64,000 nt of DNA from an uncultured Acidobacteriota bacterium. Lineage in GTDB: Bacteria; Acidobacteriota; UBA6911. The notes beneath the pieces are model-generated. The model saw nothing but the letters and a program-made list of their open reading frames with translations. It was not told the DNA's origin and did no database searches. The position numbers and the translations under genes were made by a program. The stretch lies in contig CAWEJX010000015.1 in NCBI GenBank assembly GCA_963809485.1, positions 32,001-96,000 of the forward strand, in the 5' to 3' direction. Positions 20,215 through 30,305 of this stretch are shown here, in pieces. Positions within the stretch are counted from its first letter, which is position 1. Every line of letters starts with the position of its first letter.

Positions 20215-21684
20215 TCAATCCGAGGCAAGCAGCTTCGTAAAGCCTTCTTTATAGCGCACGCTGTCGAGCACCGAGTGGACTTTCTTCAGCTCCTCTTTGA
20301 GCGCCGCACGATACTTCTCGGGCTCCATTTCGATCGCCCGGGTGAACGCCGCAATGGAGGGATCGGGCTCCCCGGTCTTGGCATAAAGGACTCCGAGGTG
20401 AAAGTAGTTTAAAGCCCGGCCTTTCCCAAGCTCGATCAGCTTTTCGTGGGCCCGTATGGCTTCCTTGTCCTGCTCGAGTTTTTCCGCAACCAGAGCGAGG
20501 TTCGCCCAGGCGGCCGAATAGCCTGGATCCAGCTCGACCGCTAGCTTCAACTCCGCCAGCGCCTCCTCCAGCCGGTTCAGCTTTGCATAAAGGGTTCCCA
20601 GATTGAACCGGACATCGACTTGCCCGGACTTGATCTCGAGGGACTTTTTATAGGCCGCGATGGCTTCGTCATTCCTGTTCAAATCACTGTAAAGATCGCC
20701 CAGCAAAAAAAAGATGTCCGGGTTTTTCGAATTCAGGCGTCCGGCGTTTTCGAGCGCCGTGACCGCCTCGGCGTTTCGCTTCAAGCTGGCCAGGCTGAAT
20801 CCCATTTTGGCGTAAATCGCGCCGCGGTCGGGCGCTTTTTCCAGCGCAGATTTATAGGCGGCGGCCGCCTTCGCATGCTGGCGTTCGAATGCGTACACGT
20901 CCCCCAGGCGCTCCAGTACTTCGGGGTTGCCGGGCTGAATCAGTTCGGCGGCCTCCAGCTCCTTTGCCGCCCCGGCGTTGTTTTTCTGCCGGATATAAAT
21001 CAGGGCGAGGTTGAAGTGCGCCGCATAATTTACCGGATCCGCACGCAGTACTTCCTCGTAGGCGACTGCCGCCCTTTCCAGTTCTTCGCCTTTCTGCAAA
21101 AGCAGCGCCAGGTCCATGCGCGCGGAGGAATCACCCGGCTCAATCTCGAGAAACTGCTCGAGCGTGCGCATGGCCGCACGATCGTCCTTGACGTGCATCT
21201 GCAGGTAAGCCAACGCCCTCAGCATTTTGGGATCCTGGGGCTTGAGCTGCAGACCGGATTCGAGGGCCGCAATCGCCGATGGTATGTCCCCGACCTGCTG
21301 GCAGGCCGAAGCCAGCAGGAAATGAATTCCCTCGATCTTCGGATTCAGCTTCAGGACTGTTTCGAATTCGACAACCGCCTCTTTCCATTTCTTCTGGTTC
21401 GCGTAGATCAGTCCCAGGTCGTAGTGAGCTTCAAGAAAATCCGGCTTGATTGCAATCGCTTTGAGGAAAAGCTCCGCCTGCTCGTTGCTGTTCTCCTGCG
21501 CCGTCCCGATCATCGCCTCCGCTTTCTTGAAATAGACCATGGCTTCCCGGTAGACCTTGGCATCCGCCAACGTGCTTACCTTTTTGTCCTGCTTGGGCTT
21601 GCCTGCCTGCGCCATTGCAGACCCGAATGCCGTCACAACAATCAGGAAAGCCGGCAGGAAGCACTGTTTTTTTATCCTAATCAT
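20215..21684 (-). CDS. TPR-repeat exported protein
   Basis: Signal peptide from MIRIKK; many 34-aa TPR units (AHYDLGLIY, AHFNLALIY, FNLGTLY). Confidence 0.92.
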   Translation of the reverse strand: MIRIKKQCFLPAFLIVVTAFGSAMAQAGKPKQDKKVSTLADAKVYREAMVYFKKAEAMIGTAQENSNEQAELFLKAIAIKPDFLEAHYDLGLIYANQKKWKEAVVEFETVLKLNPKIEGIHFLLASACQQVGDIPSAIAALESGLQLKPQDPKMLRALAYLQMHVKDDRAAMRTLEQFLEIEPGDSSARMDLALLLQKGEELERAAVAYEEVLRADPVNYAAHFNLALIYIRQKNNAGAAKELEAAELIQPGNPEVLERLGDVYAFERQHAKAAAAYKSALEKAPDRGAIYAKMGFSLASLKRNAEAVTALENAGRLNSKNPDIFFLLGDLYSDLNRNDEAIAAYKKSLEIKSGQVDVRFNLGTLYAKLNRLEEALAELKLAVELDPGYSAAWANLALVAEKLEQDKEAIRAHEKLIELGKGRALNYFHLGVLYAKTGEPDPSIAAFTRAIEMEPEKYRAALKEELKKVHSVLDSVRYKEGFTKLLASD

Positions 21685-21730
21685 AAATTGGATTGTACTC
21701 CAATTGCTGCAGGCTCCAGGTTGCGGGTTT

Positions 21731-21787
21731 TGAATTTCGAAGTCCGGCCTTATCTTCTGCAGTCCGACATTCGAAATTCGATATTCG
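21731..21787. repeat. TTCGA-type short tandem repeat abutting element copy 6
   Basis: GACATTCGAAATTCGATATTCG; same family as 1457-1530. Confidence 0.5.
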
Positions 21788-21928
21788 TAATTACATTGGT
21801 AAACCCCAGGCTCTGCCAGGGGACTCAAAGGGTTTGACAGCTCCGTATTTTGAAACGCTGAGAAACGCTGATAAAAGCGCTGACAAACGCCGATTTGTTC
21901 GGCGAGGGTCGGCGAGCAAAAGCCGATG
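21788..21928 (+). mobile_element. IS200-like element, left-half copy 6
   Basis: TAATTACATTGGTAAACCCCAGGCTCTGCCAGGGGACTC...GCAAAAGCCGAT; truncated at the central palindrome arm. Confidence 0.75.
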
Positions 21929-21966
21929 GATCTCCCCGTGGATAAGGGCCAGTAGTCCCGCACCGG

Positions 21967-22917
21967 CTAAATCAGGTATTTGAGATCCGCAGCTCCGGTG
22001 CCGGCTTCCGGAGCATCTTCAAAGCTGACCAGTTTGCGGAACTCGTGGTAGCGGGCATCTATTTCGGTGAAAGTAAGATCGCCGATCTTTTCCGGCCCGA
22101 ACCCGGTCACATTGAATGAAGCCATGGCAGAGCCATAGACAACGGCTTTGCGCAACGCCGAATCTCCGGAAGTTCCCGTGCCGGCGAGGTATCCCAGGAG
22201 TCCCCCCGCAAAAGTGTCTCCCGCACCCGTGGGATCCACAACATCCTCCACGGGATAAGCCGGAATGCAAAAAACCGATCGCGGACCGAACACCATGGCG
22301 CCGTATTCGCCGCGTTTGACTACGAGCATTTTCGGGCCAAGGGTGAGAATCCACCTGGCTGCCTGTATCAGATTCATCTGCCCCGCAAGCTGCCGGGCTT
22401 CCTCATCGTTAATAACCAGCAGATCGACCCGGGCGAGAGTCTTGAGAAGAGAGCCCCGTTTGTTGGAAATCCAGTAATTCATGGTATCGCAAGCCACCAG
22501 CCTGGGCTGCCGGACCTGTTCCAGCACCGATCGCTGAAGGTCGGGATCGATGTTTGCGAGGAAAATGTACTCACTGGAAAAATGTGCAGCGGTCAGTTTT
22601 GGGGAAAAATCCGCAAAAACATTGAGCTGAGTGTCCAGGGTTGTGCGCGAGCTTAAATCCGGGGCATATTCCCCCTTCCACCGGAAGGTTTTCCCCTTGC
22701 GGCGCTCCAGGCCCGAGAGATCGATCCCTTTTTTTTGCAGGGATGCAACGTGCTTTTCGGGGAAATCCTCACCCACCACGGCGATCATACTGACGTCCGT
22801 GAAGTAGCTGGCAGCTATGCTGAAATAAGTGGCGGCTCCTCCAAGGACATCCTCCCTGGTTCCGAAAGGAGTTTTGACGGAGTCCAGCGCTACGGATCCC
22901 ACCACAAGTATTCCCAT
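21967..22917 (-). CDS. PfkB family carbohydrate/nucleoside kinase
   Basis: VVGSVALD, GGAATY, DPTGAGDTFAGG. Confidence 0.93.
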   Translation of the reverse strand: MGILVVGSVALDSVKTPFGTREDVLGGAATYFSIAASYFTDVSMIAVVGEDFPEKHVASLQKKGIDLSGLERRKGKTFRWKGEYAPDLSSRTTLDTQLNVFADFSPKLTAAHFSSEYIFLANIDPDLQRSVLEQVRQPRLVACDTMNYWISNKRGSLLKTLARVDLLVINDEEARQLAGQMNLIQAARWILTLGPKMLVVKRGEYGAMVFGPRSVFCIPAYPVEDVVDPTGAGDTFAGGLLGYLAGTGTSGDSALRKAVVYGSAMASFNVTGFGPEKIGDLTFTEIDARYHEFRKLVSFEDAPEAGTGAADLKYLI

Positions 22918-22931
22918 ACAAGTCTCCCGAA

Positions 22932-23172
22932 GTCAGGCACCTCCGGCAAAGCCGGAGGCTTGAAAGATTGGAACCGCTAAAAGCGGTTGGAGTAGTTACG
23001 CCGGTCTTGAACGCTGACGCACGCCGAACGGACGCCGACCCACGCCGACAAAAATCTAAATATTTTTTCAGCGTACGTCAGCGTCATGTCAGCGTTTCTC
23101 AGCGTTTCAAAATACGGAGCTGTCAAACTCTTTGAGTCCCCCGGCAGAGCCATGGGTTTACTAATGTAATTA
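22932..23172 (-). mobile_element. IS200-like element, complete copy 7
   Basis: Both terminal hairpins present; boundary TAAT coincides with the mtnP stop codon. Confidence 0.8.
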
Positions 23173-24033
23173 CGCCAGATATTTTCCCACGATGCAATCC
23201 AGCCGGTTTCTGGTCTCCGCCGGGATGGCGAGTTTATCCGTAATGATGGCGTACTTCAGGGCTTCGCAACAACCGCAATTCCTCGTTTGATCGAGGTCGC
23301 GCACCGTCTGCATGATGATGGACTGCGCAGACTGGCAGCTTTTCTGCAGGTTGGCGACGACCATATCCGCGCTGACAGTCTCGTGCGTTTCATGCCAGCA
23401 GTCGTAGTCGGTCACCAGGGCGAGGGTGACATAGCAGATCTCCGCTTCCCTGGCCAGCTTTGCCTCCTGCAGGTTGGTCATTCCGATCACGTCCATGCCC
23501 CAGCTGCGGTAGAGAGTGGATTCGGCCCTGGTAGAAAAAGCGGGACCCTCCATGCAGACGTAGGTGCCTCCCTTTTTGGCCGCGATTCCGGCCTTGTGGG
23601 ACGCGCGGTGCACCTGTTCGAGCAGATCGGGACAGACGGGATCTCCAAAGGCTATGTGCGCCACCAGTCCGTTGCCGAAAAATGTTGAGATACGGCCCCG
23701 CGTCCTGTCCAGGAACTGGTCCGGCAAAACGATGTCCATGGGCGCAAGTTCCTCTTTCAGGGATCCAACGGCGCTCACCGACAGGATGCGCTCGACACCC
23801 AGCAGCTTCATCGCAAAAATATTGGCGCGAAAATTAAGCTCCGAAGGCGAACACCTGTGCCCCCGGCCGTGGCGCGGCAGGAAAGCCACTCTTTTGCCCG
23901 AAATGGATCCCAGGATCAGGTCATCCGAGGGTGATCCAAAAGGAGTATCGATGTGTATTTCGGTCCTGCCGGTCAAGCCCGGCATGTCGTACAACCCGCT
24001 GCCGCCGATTATTCCGATTTTGACCTTTTCCAT
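23170..24033 (-). CDS. mtnP: S-methyl-5'-thioadenosine phosphorylase
   Basis: IGIIGGSGLY, RHGRGH, EGPAFSTRAES, VTDYDCW. Confidence 0.95.
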   Translation of the reverse strand: MEKVKIGIIGGSGLYDMPGLTGRTEIHIDTPFGSPSDDLILGSISGKRVAFLPRHGRGHRCSPSELNFRANIFAMKLLGVERILSVSAVGSLKEELAPMDIVLPDQFLDRTRGRISTFFGNGLVAHIAFGDPVCPDLLEQVHRASHKAGIAAKKGGTYVCMEGPAFSTRAESTLYRSWGMDVIGMTNLQEAKLAREAEICYVTLALVTDYDCWHETHETVSADMVVANLQKSCQSAQSIIMQTVRDLDQTRNCGCCEALKYAIITDKLAIPAETRNRLDCIVGKYLA

Positions 24034-24123
24034 GTTTGGCCTCTTGATCCTTAAGTCTTGATCTGTGTCGAGCATCTGCTTTCAATCGTCTTTGAGCATC
24101 TTCCGCCTGGTCCGAAGCAACAT

Positions 24124-24189
24124 GCCGGAAGCAAGGAGCAGGAAGGCGGAATATCCTGTGCCTCGGGATTCCTGCTTCCGGCTTCCGGC
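24124..24189. repeat. GGAAGC-type inverted repeat hairpin
   Basis: GCCGGAAGCAAGGAGCAGGAA ... TTCCTGCTTCCGGCTTCCGGC. Confidence 0.6.
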
Positions 24190-24244
24190 CTGAAAAAACA
24201 AAATCCACCCTCTGTCCAACATATTCCCTGTCCGCCAAGACACG

Positions 24245-25282
24245 CTAGGTGAGGGTTTTTCGCATGATATCCGCGGCCTGATAGATCTGCTCCCGGCTCA
24301 CATCCTTGTGGGTCACGAGACGTATGCTCATCGGATCCAGAACAGACACGAGAACGCCGCTCAGTTTCAGCCGGCCCGCCAGCCTTTCGCTGTCGAAGCC
24401 TTTGCGCGAAATCCCCGCCATCAGTATATTCGTGCGGACCCGTTCCGGCTCCATATCCAGGCCGGGTATGTCCTTGAGCAGATCGGCCAGAAGCCGGGCA
24501 TTCCGGTGATCCTCCTCGAGCCGGGCGGGCATTTTTTCAAGCGCAATCAAACCCGCTGCGGCGAGAATCCCCGCCTGGCGCATCCCTCCGCCCAGCATTT
24601 TGCGCACACTTCGCGCCCTGTCGATAAAGTCCTTCGATCCCACCAGCATCGAGCCCACAGGCGCGGCAAGGCCTTTCGAAAGGCAGAACATTACGGAATC
24701 GCAGCCCTGGACCAGGCTCGCCACATCCGCGCCGAGCGCTGCGGCAGCATTGAAAATGCGCGCGCCGTCCAGGTGGACCGGCAATCCGGCTTCATGGGAG
24801 CGGCTGCAAATGTCGTCGATTTGCGCTTTGGTGTAAACCGTTCCGCCCGCCGCGTTGTGCGTGTTTTCCAGCGCGATCAGACCGGTTTGGGCCCGGTAAT
24901 AAATCTTAGGGCGGATTGCCGGGCTGATCTTGGCCCAGTCCAGGATGCCGCCGGGCGCGGGCACGGGACGCGCGAGCACCCCGCTGATAGCCGCCATGGC
25001 CGCCATTTCAAATTCGTATATGTGCGCCCTGCCCTCCGTAATGACTTCCTGCCCCGGGTCCGTGTGCACACGGATGGCGATCTGGTTGCCCATGGTACCG
25101 GAAGGCACATAAAGCGCCGCCGGCTTCCGCAATATTTCGGCCGCCCGCGATTGAAGACGGTTGACCGTCGGATCTTCGAGGTAGACGTCGTCGCCGACCT
25201 CAGCCGCCGCCATAGCCGCGCGCATTTCCGGAGTGGGCCGCGTCACCGTATCGCTTCGCAAATCAATTACCGAATCGTTCAT
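24245..25282 (-). CDS. ltaE: Low-specificity L-threonine aldolase
   Basis: [31 protein letters not shown]. Confidence 0.93.
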   Translation of the reverse strand: MNDSVIDLRSDTVTRPTPEMRAAMAAAEVGDDVYLEDPTVNRLQSRAAEILRKPAALYVPSGTMGNQIAIRVHTDPGQEVITEGRAHIYEFEMAAMAAISGVLARPVPAPGGILDWAKISPAIRPKIYYRAQTGLIALENTHNAAGGTVYTKAQIDDICSRSHEAGLPVHLDGARIFNAAAALGADVASLVQGCDSVMFCLSKGLAAPVGSMLVGSKDFIDRARSVRKMLGGGMRQAGILAAAGLIALEKMPARLEEDHRNARLLADLLKDIPGLDMEPERVRTNILMAGISRKGFDSERLAGRLKLSGVLVSVLDPMSIRLVTHKDVSREQIYQAADIMRKTLT

Positions 25283-25291
25283 AAGAGCCTT

Positions 25292-26434
25292 TTAAACGAA
25301 CAACTGAAAAATTTCATTGGAAAGCAGCATCCCGGCCGGAGTGAGCCGGACCGTGGAACCGTTCCACTCAACCCATCCCCGGCCGGAAAGCTCCTGTAAC
25401 GAACCTTCATATTTTTTCATCAATTGACGTCCGGTCCTGTCCGTCAGCCGGTCCCAGTCCACGCCCCGATTCAAGCGCAAGCCGAGAAAAAGCGTCTCCT
25501 CAACCGCCTGCTCTTCGGTTACCGGCCGCCTCCAGCTCACAGGGGCCCGACCGGCCTCGATTGCCCCGAGATATTCATCCATTTGGGAAAAATTGGCAAG
25601 CCTCGTTTTGCCGTCAAAGGAATGGCTCGCAAGACCAAAACCCTGGACCGGCTCCCGCAACCAGTATTTCAGATTGTGGCGGCATTGATACCCGGGGCGC
25701 GCGAAATTGCTGATTTCATACTGTGCGTACCCCTGCGAAGCCAGGAAATCCAGGGTTTCCAGGTACAGATCCGAAACCAGGTCTTCTTCCGGGAGCCGGA
25801 CGGCGCCGCTCTGCACCATCGATTGCAGCGGGCACACATCATCCAGGTCGAGCATGTAGACCGAAACATGCGAAACCGAAAGCCCGTCCATGGCCAGGGT
25901 CCGGCGCCAGCTGGCCGCAGTTTGCAGCGGAAGCCCGAGCATCAGGTCCAGGTTGATGGCACGGAATCCGTTTTCCCTCAGACAATCCACCGAACCGGCG
26001 ATCATAGACGGCGTGTGGCGCCTGCCGATGGATGCCAGTTCCCCTGCGTCGAAGGACTGCGCTCCCAAGGAGGCCCGGCTCACTCCCGATCTCCGGTAGC
26101 TCTCCGCCTTGGCGGCAGAAAGCGTGCCGGGATTGGCTTCCAGCGATATTTCGCAATCATCCGCAACCGCAAACAGCCGCCCGCAGGACTCCAGAATTTC
26201 GCCGATAAAATCCGCAGGCAACAGGCTCGGAGTCCCGCCGCCGAAGTAGATGGAATCAACCTCTTCACGTTTTGTGCGGGAGGCACAGAATATCTCTATT
26301 TCACGCAAAACGGCCTTTATGTACCTGCATACATCGGCATCCTGCAAGGGCATGCTGACGAAGTGGCAATAACTGCACTTGGACTCGCAAAAAGGAATGT
26401 GGATATATATCCCGAGCGTCACGATAGCCTGCAA
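25292..26434 (-). CDS. hemW: Radical SAM heme chaperone HemW
   Basis: YIHIPFCESKCSYCHF, YFGGGTPS, YEISNF, HNLKYW. Confidence 0.9.
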   Translation of the reverse strand: MQAIVTLGIYIHIPFCESKCSYCHFVSMPLQDADVCRYIKAVLREIEIFCASRTKREEVDSIYFGGGTPSLLPADFIGEILESCGRLFAVADDCEISLEANPGTLSAAKAESYRRSGVSRASLGAQSFDAGELASIGRRHTPSMIAGSVDCLRENGFRAINLDLMLGLPLQTAASWRRTLAMDGLSVSHVSVYMLDLDDVCPLQSMVQSGAVRLPEEDLVSDLYLETLDFLASQGYAQYEISNFARPGYQCRHNLKYWLREPVQGFGLASHSFDGKTRLANFSQMDEYLGAIEAGRAPVSWRRPVTEEQAVEETLFLGLRLNRGVDWDRLTDRTGRQLMKKYEGSLQELSGRGWVEWNGSTVRLTPAGMLLSNEIFQLFV

Positions 26435-26561
26435 TCCCCGGATCAGAGCAAATCTGATAACGTCAAGTATTTCGCGGGTTCACACTTCTTTATTTAATTT
26501 CGGTCTGCGGAATCCGTGATACAACCCACCAGCTTTTTGTTATTTTGGTAAATTTTTTGAT

Positions 26562-26611
26562 CGGCGCGCCTGCGGACGGCTTGAAAAGCCGTCCGCATAA
26601 CGGCGCGGCCG
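26562..26611. repeat. REP-like GC-rich hairpin
   Basis: TGCGGACGGCTT-GAA-AAGCCGTCCGCA with outer CGGCGCGCC/GGCGCGGCCG arms. Confidence 0.6.
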
Positions 26612-26675
26612 TCTTGCGAATATGCATTTATTTGGTTGCGGTCACCCGGCCGCGCCGCGAAATCCGCGGCGTATT

Positions 26676-27281
26676 TTATGCCGAGCCGGCGCCCAGCAGC
26701 GTTTCCAGGACAATAAATTCAACCCCCGCCTGGCGCATCGCCTCCAGCGCTTCTTTTTCCGTTTTGGGAGCGAGGGCGCGTATGGCATCCGTCACCAGGG
26801 CGGTCTGCACTCCCAGGCGGCGCAGCCCCAGGCATTCTTCCTTGACGCAATATTCCGTAGCGACGCCGAACACGATGGCGCGCGGAGGCAAGACCTTCAG
26901 CAGTCGTTCCGTCACCGGGTTGTCGAACACGCAGAGCGTCTGCTTTTCAACGATGATCTGCTGATACTTGCGCACCAGGTCGGCAAGGTTGCGGTCAATG
27001 GGCCTGTTCTGGAGAACCAGGGGCCGCGGCAGCAAAGTCTCGTCGATTTTGCGCTTACCTTCCGTGCCCTGCACGCAGTGCGGGGGAAACTGCCGGAACT
27101 CCGGATCTTCGGCAACATGCGCGTCAACCGACGAAAGCACGGAGATTTCGTTTTTGCGGGCAAAGTCAAACAGCCGCCGCAGTTTCGGTATAATCCGCTC
27201 GGCGCCGGGAACGTAAAGAGCGCCGGTCGACAGCATGAAATCCCGCTGCGTGTCCACATCCATGAAAAACAGGTTCTTCAT
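26676..27281 (-). CDS. Isochorismatase/nicotinamidase family cysteine hydrolase
   Basis: DVDTQRDF, DAH, FPPHC, GVATEYCV. Confidence 0.9.
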   Translation of the reverse strand: MKNLFFMDVDTQRDFMLSTGALYVPGAERIIPKLRRLFDFARKNEISVLSSVDAHVAEDPEFRQFPPHCVQGTEGKRKIDETLLPRPLVLQNRPIDRNLADLVRKYQQIIVEKQTLCVFDNPVTERLLKVLPPRAIVFGVATEYCVKEECLGLRRLGVQTALVTDAIRALAPKTEKEALEAMRQAGVEFIVLETLLGAGSA

Positions 27282-27300
27282 CGCATTCCCCTTGAATTCA

Positions 27301-28293
27301 TTATACAGGGGCGCCCGAATCACCGCCAGCACCCGCGCCCAGCAGCCTATCCGCATGACGGAGTATTTCCGGAAGCGGCCGTATTCCCGTCCTGGCGCCC
27401 AGGAATCCGCAGCTCAGGCCGGCGGCTGCGTTGGCAAACGCCATGATTTTTCCCAGCGGCCAGTTCCGCAGCAGCCCGTAAAGGAACCCACCGTGGAAAA
27501 TGTCGCCCGCTCCCGTTGTGTCCACAGCGTTCACCATCAAGCCGGGAAACACGACACAACGGCCGCCCACCCAGGCCATCGCGCCTTCGGCTCCCAGCGT
27601 AATGGCCAAAAATCCGTCAAAACTTCTCTTCAGGGCCAGGAAGGATTTTTCCGGGTCCGATATCCCGGTCAGCTTCGCGGGAAAATCCGCGCTGGCGATC
27701 AGGAAATCAACTTTTGTCAAAAGCTCCTCGCTGCCGGGCACCACTTTATCCAGGTCCGCACTGACGCCTATTCCCCGCTCCCGGCACCAGCTTGCCGCCT
27801 TCAGCGACAAAGGGTCGTATCCGTCCAGATGCAGAATCCGCCCGGCACATACGTCTTCTTCCCTGAGCTCGGAATCTCTGAAATCGAGCAGTTCGTCCCT
27901 CCGGCAAAAGATGGTGCGTCCGCCGGTGCTCTTGTCGATAATTATTATTGCATGGTTATTTATAGCTTTTTCTTCAACTATTACATTAGATATATCGATA
28001 TCTTCGGAGCGAAGGCTTTGAAGCATTAGCCGACCCGCCTCATCCCCGCCAAGCTTTCCAATGTATCGGGCCTTAAGCCCCATATGCGCCAGAAAAATGG
28101 CGGCCGTAGCGACCTGGCCGCCGGGCAGCCTGGCATATTGAAGGATTTCGGTTTTTGAATCGGGGGACGGATATTTGGGCACGACGCACAACTGGTCCGC
28201 CGAGTTCGAGCCAAAACCAACAATATCGTAGGGTTTGGGGGGAAATTCGAGATCGAATGTATCCGAAATATTTGCGAGGTTTTTGACCTTCAT
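27301..28293 (-). CDS. PfkB family sugar kinase
   Basis: GGQVATA, TLGAEG, DTTGAGDIFHGG. Confidence 0.92.
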   Translation of the reverse strand: MKVKNLANISDTFDLEFPPKPYDIVGFGSNSADQLCVVPKYPSPDSKTEILQYARLPGGQVATAAIFLAHMGLKARYIGKLGGDEAGRLMLQSLRSEDIDISNVIVEEKAINNHAIIIIDKSTGGRTIFCRRDELLDFRDSELREEDVCAGRILHLDGYDPLSLKAASWCRERGIGVSADLDKVVPGSEELLTKVDFLIASADFPAKLTGISDPEKSFLALKRSFDGFLAITLGAEGAMAWVGGRCVVFPGLMVNAVDTTGAGDIFHGGFLYGLLRNWPLGKIMAFANAAAGLSCGFLGARTGIRPLPEILRHADRLLGAGAGGDSGAPV

Positions 28294-28436
28294 GCGAGTT
28301 CCATTCTAACAGGGAGCAGGGCAAATTTCGACCTATGCGTGCTAGCCGTGGCAATCGACTCCGCAAAGACCCGCAATCACAGCCGTGCCTGTGATTGGTC
28401 GTCCCTGATCAACGCTTCCGTGTGAGTTCGTCAGCG

Positions 28437-29093
28437 TTACATTTCCGGAGCCGAGGCGGGATCTCCGTTGAGCAGGCCGGCATCGGCAAAGCTGTAGTAG
28501 TCGTCATAGCCCAGGACAATATGGTCCAGCACGCGGATGCCCAGTATTTGTCCCGCTTTTATGAGCCTTTGGGTGCAGTCTCTGTCCTCGCGGCTCGGCG
28601 CCGGATCGCCCGAAGGGTGATTGTGGATAAAGAGGACGCCGGCAGTGCTGTCACGCACTGCCGGCGCAAAGACCTCCCGCGGGTGCACGACCGAAGTGCT
28701 CAGGCTCCCGATGGAAACAAGCACCTCGCGCATCAGCTGGTTTTTGGAGTTGAGGTGCAGAGAAAGAAAGTGCTCCCGGGTAGCGGAAAAAAAGCGGGCG
28801 CGGTAACGCAGATACAAATCCCTGCTGTTGGAGAAACGTTCCCCGGCGCGCAGCGGAGTTGAACAGACCTGCCGGCCGAGTTCGAGCGCATAATACAGCG
28901 ACGAGGCCTGCCGGGCTGAAATCCTGCCGGCGTTGCGTATTTCCTCCAGGGTAGCCTGGGACAGGCCCTGGGCGGAACCGAAGTAGTTCATCAGGCGGGC
29001 GGAGGCGGCATGAGCAGCCTGGCTGCGTCCGCCGTGTCCAAGCACATTGGACAACAGCTCCAGGACGTGATTCGTTTCTTTGGGTGAATCCAT
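28437..29093 (-). CDS. radC: RadC/JAB domain protein
   Basis: HhH region then VHPREVF, HNHPSGDPAPSRED, VLDHIV. Confidence 0.92.
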   Translation of the reverse strand: MDSPKETNHVLELLSNVLGHGGRSQAAHAASARLMNYFGSAQGLSQATLEEIRNAGRISARQASSLYYALELGRQVCSTPLRAGERFSNSRDLYLRYRARFFSATREHFLSLHLNSKNQLMREVLVSIGSLSTSVVHPREVFAPAVRDSTAGVLFIHNHPSGDPAPSREDRDCTQRLIKAGQILGIRVLDHIVLGYDDYYSFADAGLLNGDPASAPEM

Positions 29094-29096
29094 GAT

Positions 29097-29332
29097 GAAT
29101 TACGAATGACGAATTGCGAATTTCGAATGAATCAGGCGCTGCTGCGACTGGCTGCGCCCAGATATCTAACGGAAGGTCGGGCTGCGGTGCCAACAAAAAC
29201 TGGCCCTAATCGTGAAATCAGGCACCCATAGATGAAGTCCCGTGTCGCTGAAATATCCGAACGGCCCAGGATGCGAGCGCAATCCCTGCTGTTTGTTTCC
29301 ATTCGTAATTCGTCAATCGTAATTCGTAATTC
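29097..29332. repeat. GAATTAC heptamer inverted-repeat pair filling the fabG-radC gap
   Basis: GAATTACGAATGACGAATTGCGAATTTCGAATG ... CATTCGTAATTCGTCAATCGTAATTCGTAATTC. Confidence 0.85.
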
Positions 29333-30075
29333 TAGATTGCGAGGCCTCCGTCGACCTGCAGGACCTGGCCGGTAATGTATCGGGCCTCGTCCGAAAGCAG
29401 GAATGAGGCTATGCGCGCAACCTCGTCCGCGCTTGCGAAGCGTCCCAGAGGAATATTCTGGAGCATGGAAGCCCGGTACGCTTCGGGCAATGATTGGGTC
29501 ATGTCGCTGTCGACGAATCCCAGGGCCAAAGCGTTGACGGTGACATTGCGGCCGGCCAGCTCCTTTGCCAGCGCTTTAGTGAGACCGATCATCCCCGCTT
29601 TGGAGGCCGAGTAGTTGGCCTGCCCGGACACCCCGACAATGCCGCTGACCGAGGTTATGTTCAGGATGGATCCGAAGCGAGCTTTGAGCATGACGGCCGA
29701 CACGGCTTTGGAAAAATTGAATGCGCCTTTGAGATTGGTGTCCAAAACCTCATCCCATTCTTTTTCACTCATGCGCAAAAGCAGCTTATCTCTGGTAACG
29801 CCGGCATTGTTCACAAGGAAATCGATGCTGCCGAAACGGCTCTTCACCTCTTGGACCATGGCTTCGGCCGCGCGGCAATCCTCGACACGCGCCCTGCAGG
29901 AATAGACGCCGCGCCCCATCGCCGAAAGCTCATCCGATAGCTGCCCGGCCTGCCCGGTGCTCTGCGAGTAGTTGAAGGCTATGTTGCATCCCTGCCGGGC
30001 CAGTTCCAGACTTATGGCGCGCCCGATTCCCCGTGCGGCGCCGGTAACGATGGCCGTTTTGCCCTGAAATTTCAA
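29332..30075 (-). CDS. fabG: 3-oxoacyl-ACP reductase
   Basis: TGAARGIG, NNAGVTRD, YSASK; GGAG SD before TTG at 30075. Confidence 0.92.
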   Translation of the reverse strand: MKFQGKTAIVTGAARGIGRAISLELARQGCNIAFNYSQSTGQAGQLSDELSAMGRGVYSCRARVEDCRAAEAMVQEVKSRFGSIDFLVNNAGVTRDKLLLRMSEKEWDEVLDTNLKGAFNFSKAVSAVMLKARFGSILNITSVSGIVGVSGQANYSASKAGMIGLTKALAKELAGRNVTVNALALGFVDSDMTQSLPEAYRASMLQNIPLGRFASADEVARIASFLLSDEARYITGQVLQVDGGLAI

Positions 30076-30168
30076 AGGAAGCCGCTCCCCAGGATTTTTG
30101 GATGAGGACGGCCCTCCCGAGCCCTCCTCATCCAATCAACATTAACTGCTGAGAAAATAGTATCTGTT

Positions 30169-30219
30169 ATTTATATTTTTTCAGCGTGCGTCAGCGTCTA
30201 TCGGCGTTCGTCAGCGTTA
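30169..30219. repeat. Stand-alone GTCAGCG core repeat
   Basis: ATTTATATTTTTTCAGCGTGCGTCAGCGTCTATCGGCGTTCGTCAGCGTTA. Confidence 0.7.
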
Positions 30220-30305
30220 AAATTTGTGGACAGGCATCCAGAGCCGGTCTCCGGAGATCCGCCCTCACCGGATAAAGGAAGCCCTACCCAGCGATCGGCA
30301 TTCAA

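Noticed and set aside
21834-21870. TTGACA in the element's left end as an active promoter
   Set aside because: No -10 hexamer at 16-18 nt spacing; probably a leftover of the transposase promoter
21685-21963. N-terminal extension of the TPR ORF
   Set aside because: Runs through element copy 6; the signal peptide begins at 21684
24081-24222. 46-codon minus-strand ORF between ltaE and mtnP
   Set aside because: Mostly overlaps the GGAAGC hairpin repeat; no protein-like features
28437-29093. radC as a marker of an integrated mobile element
   Set aside because: HhH-containing chromosomal type among housekeeping genes; no integrase or att sites
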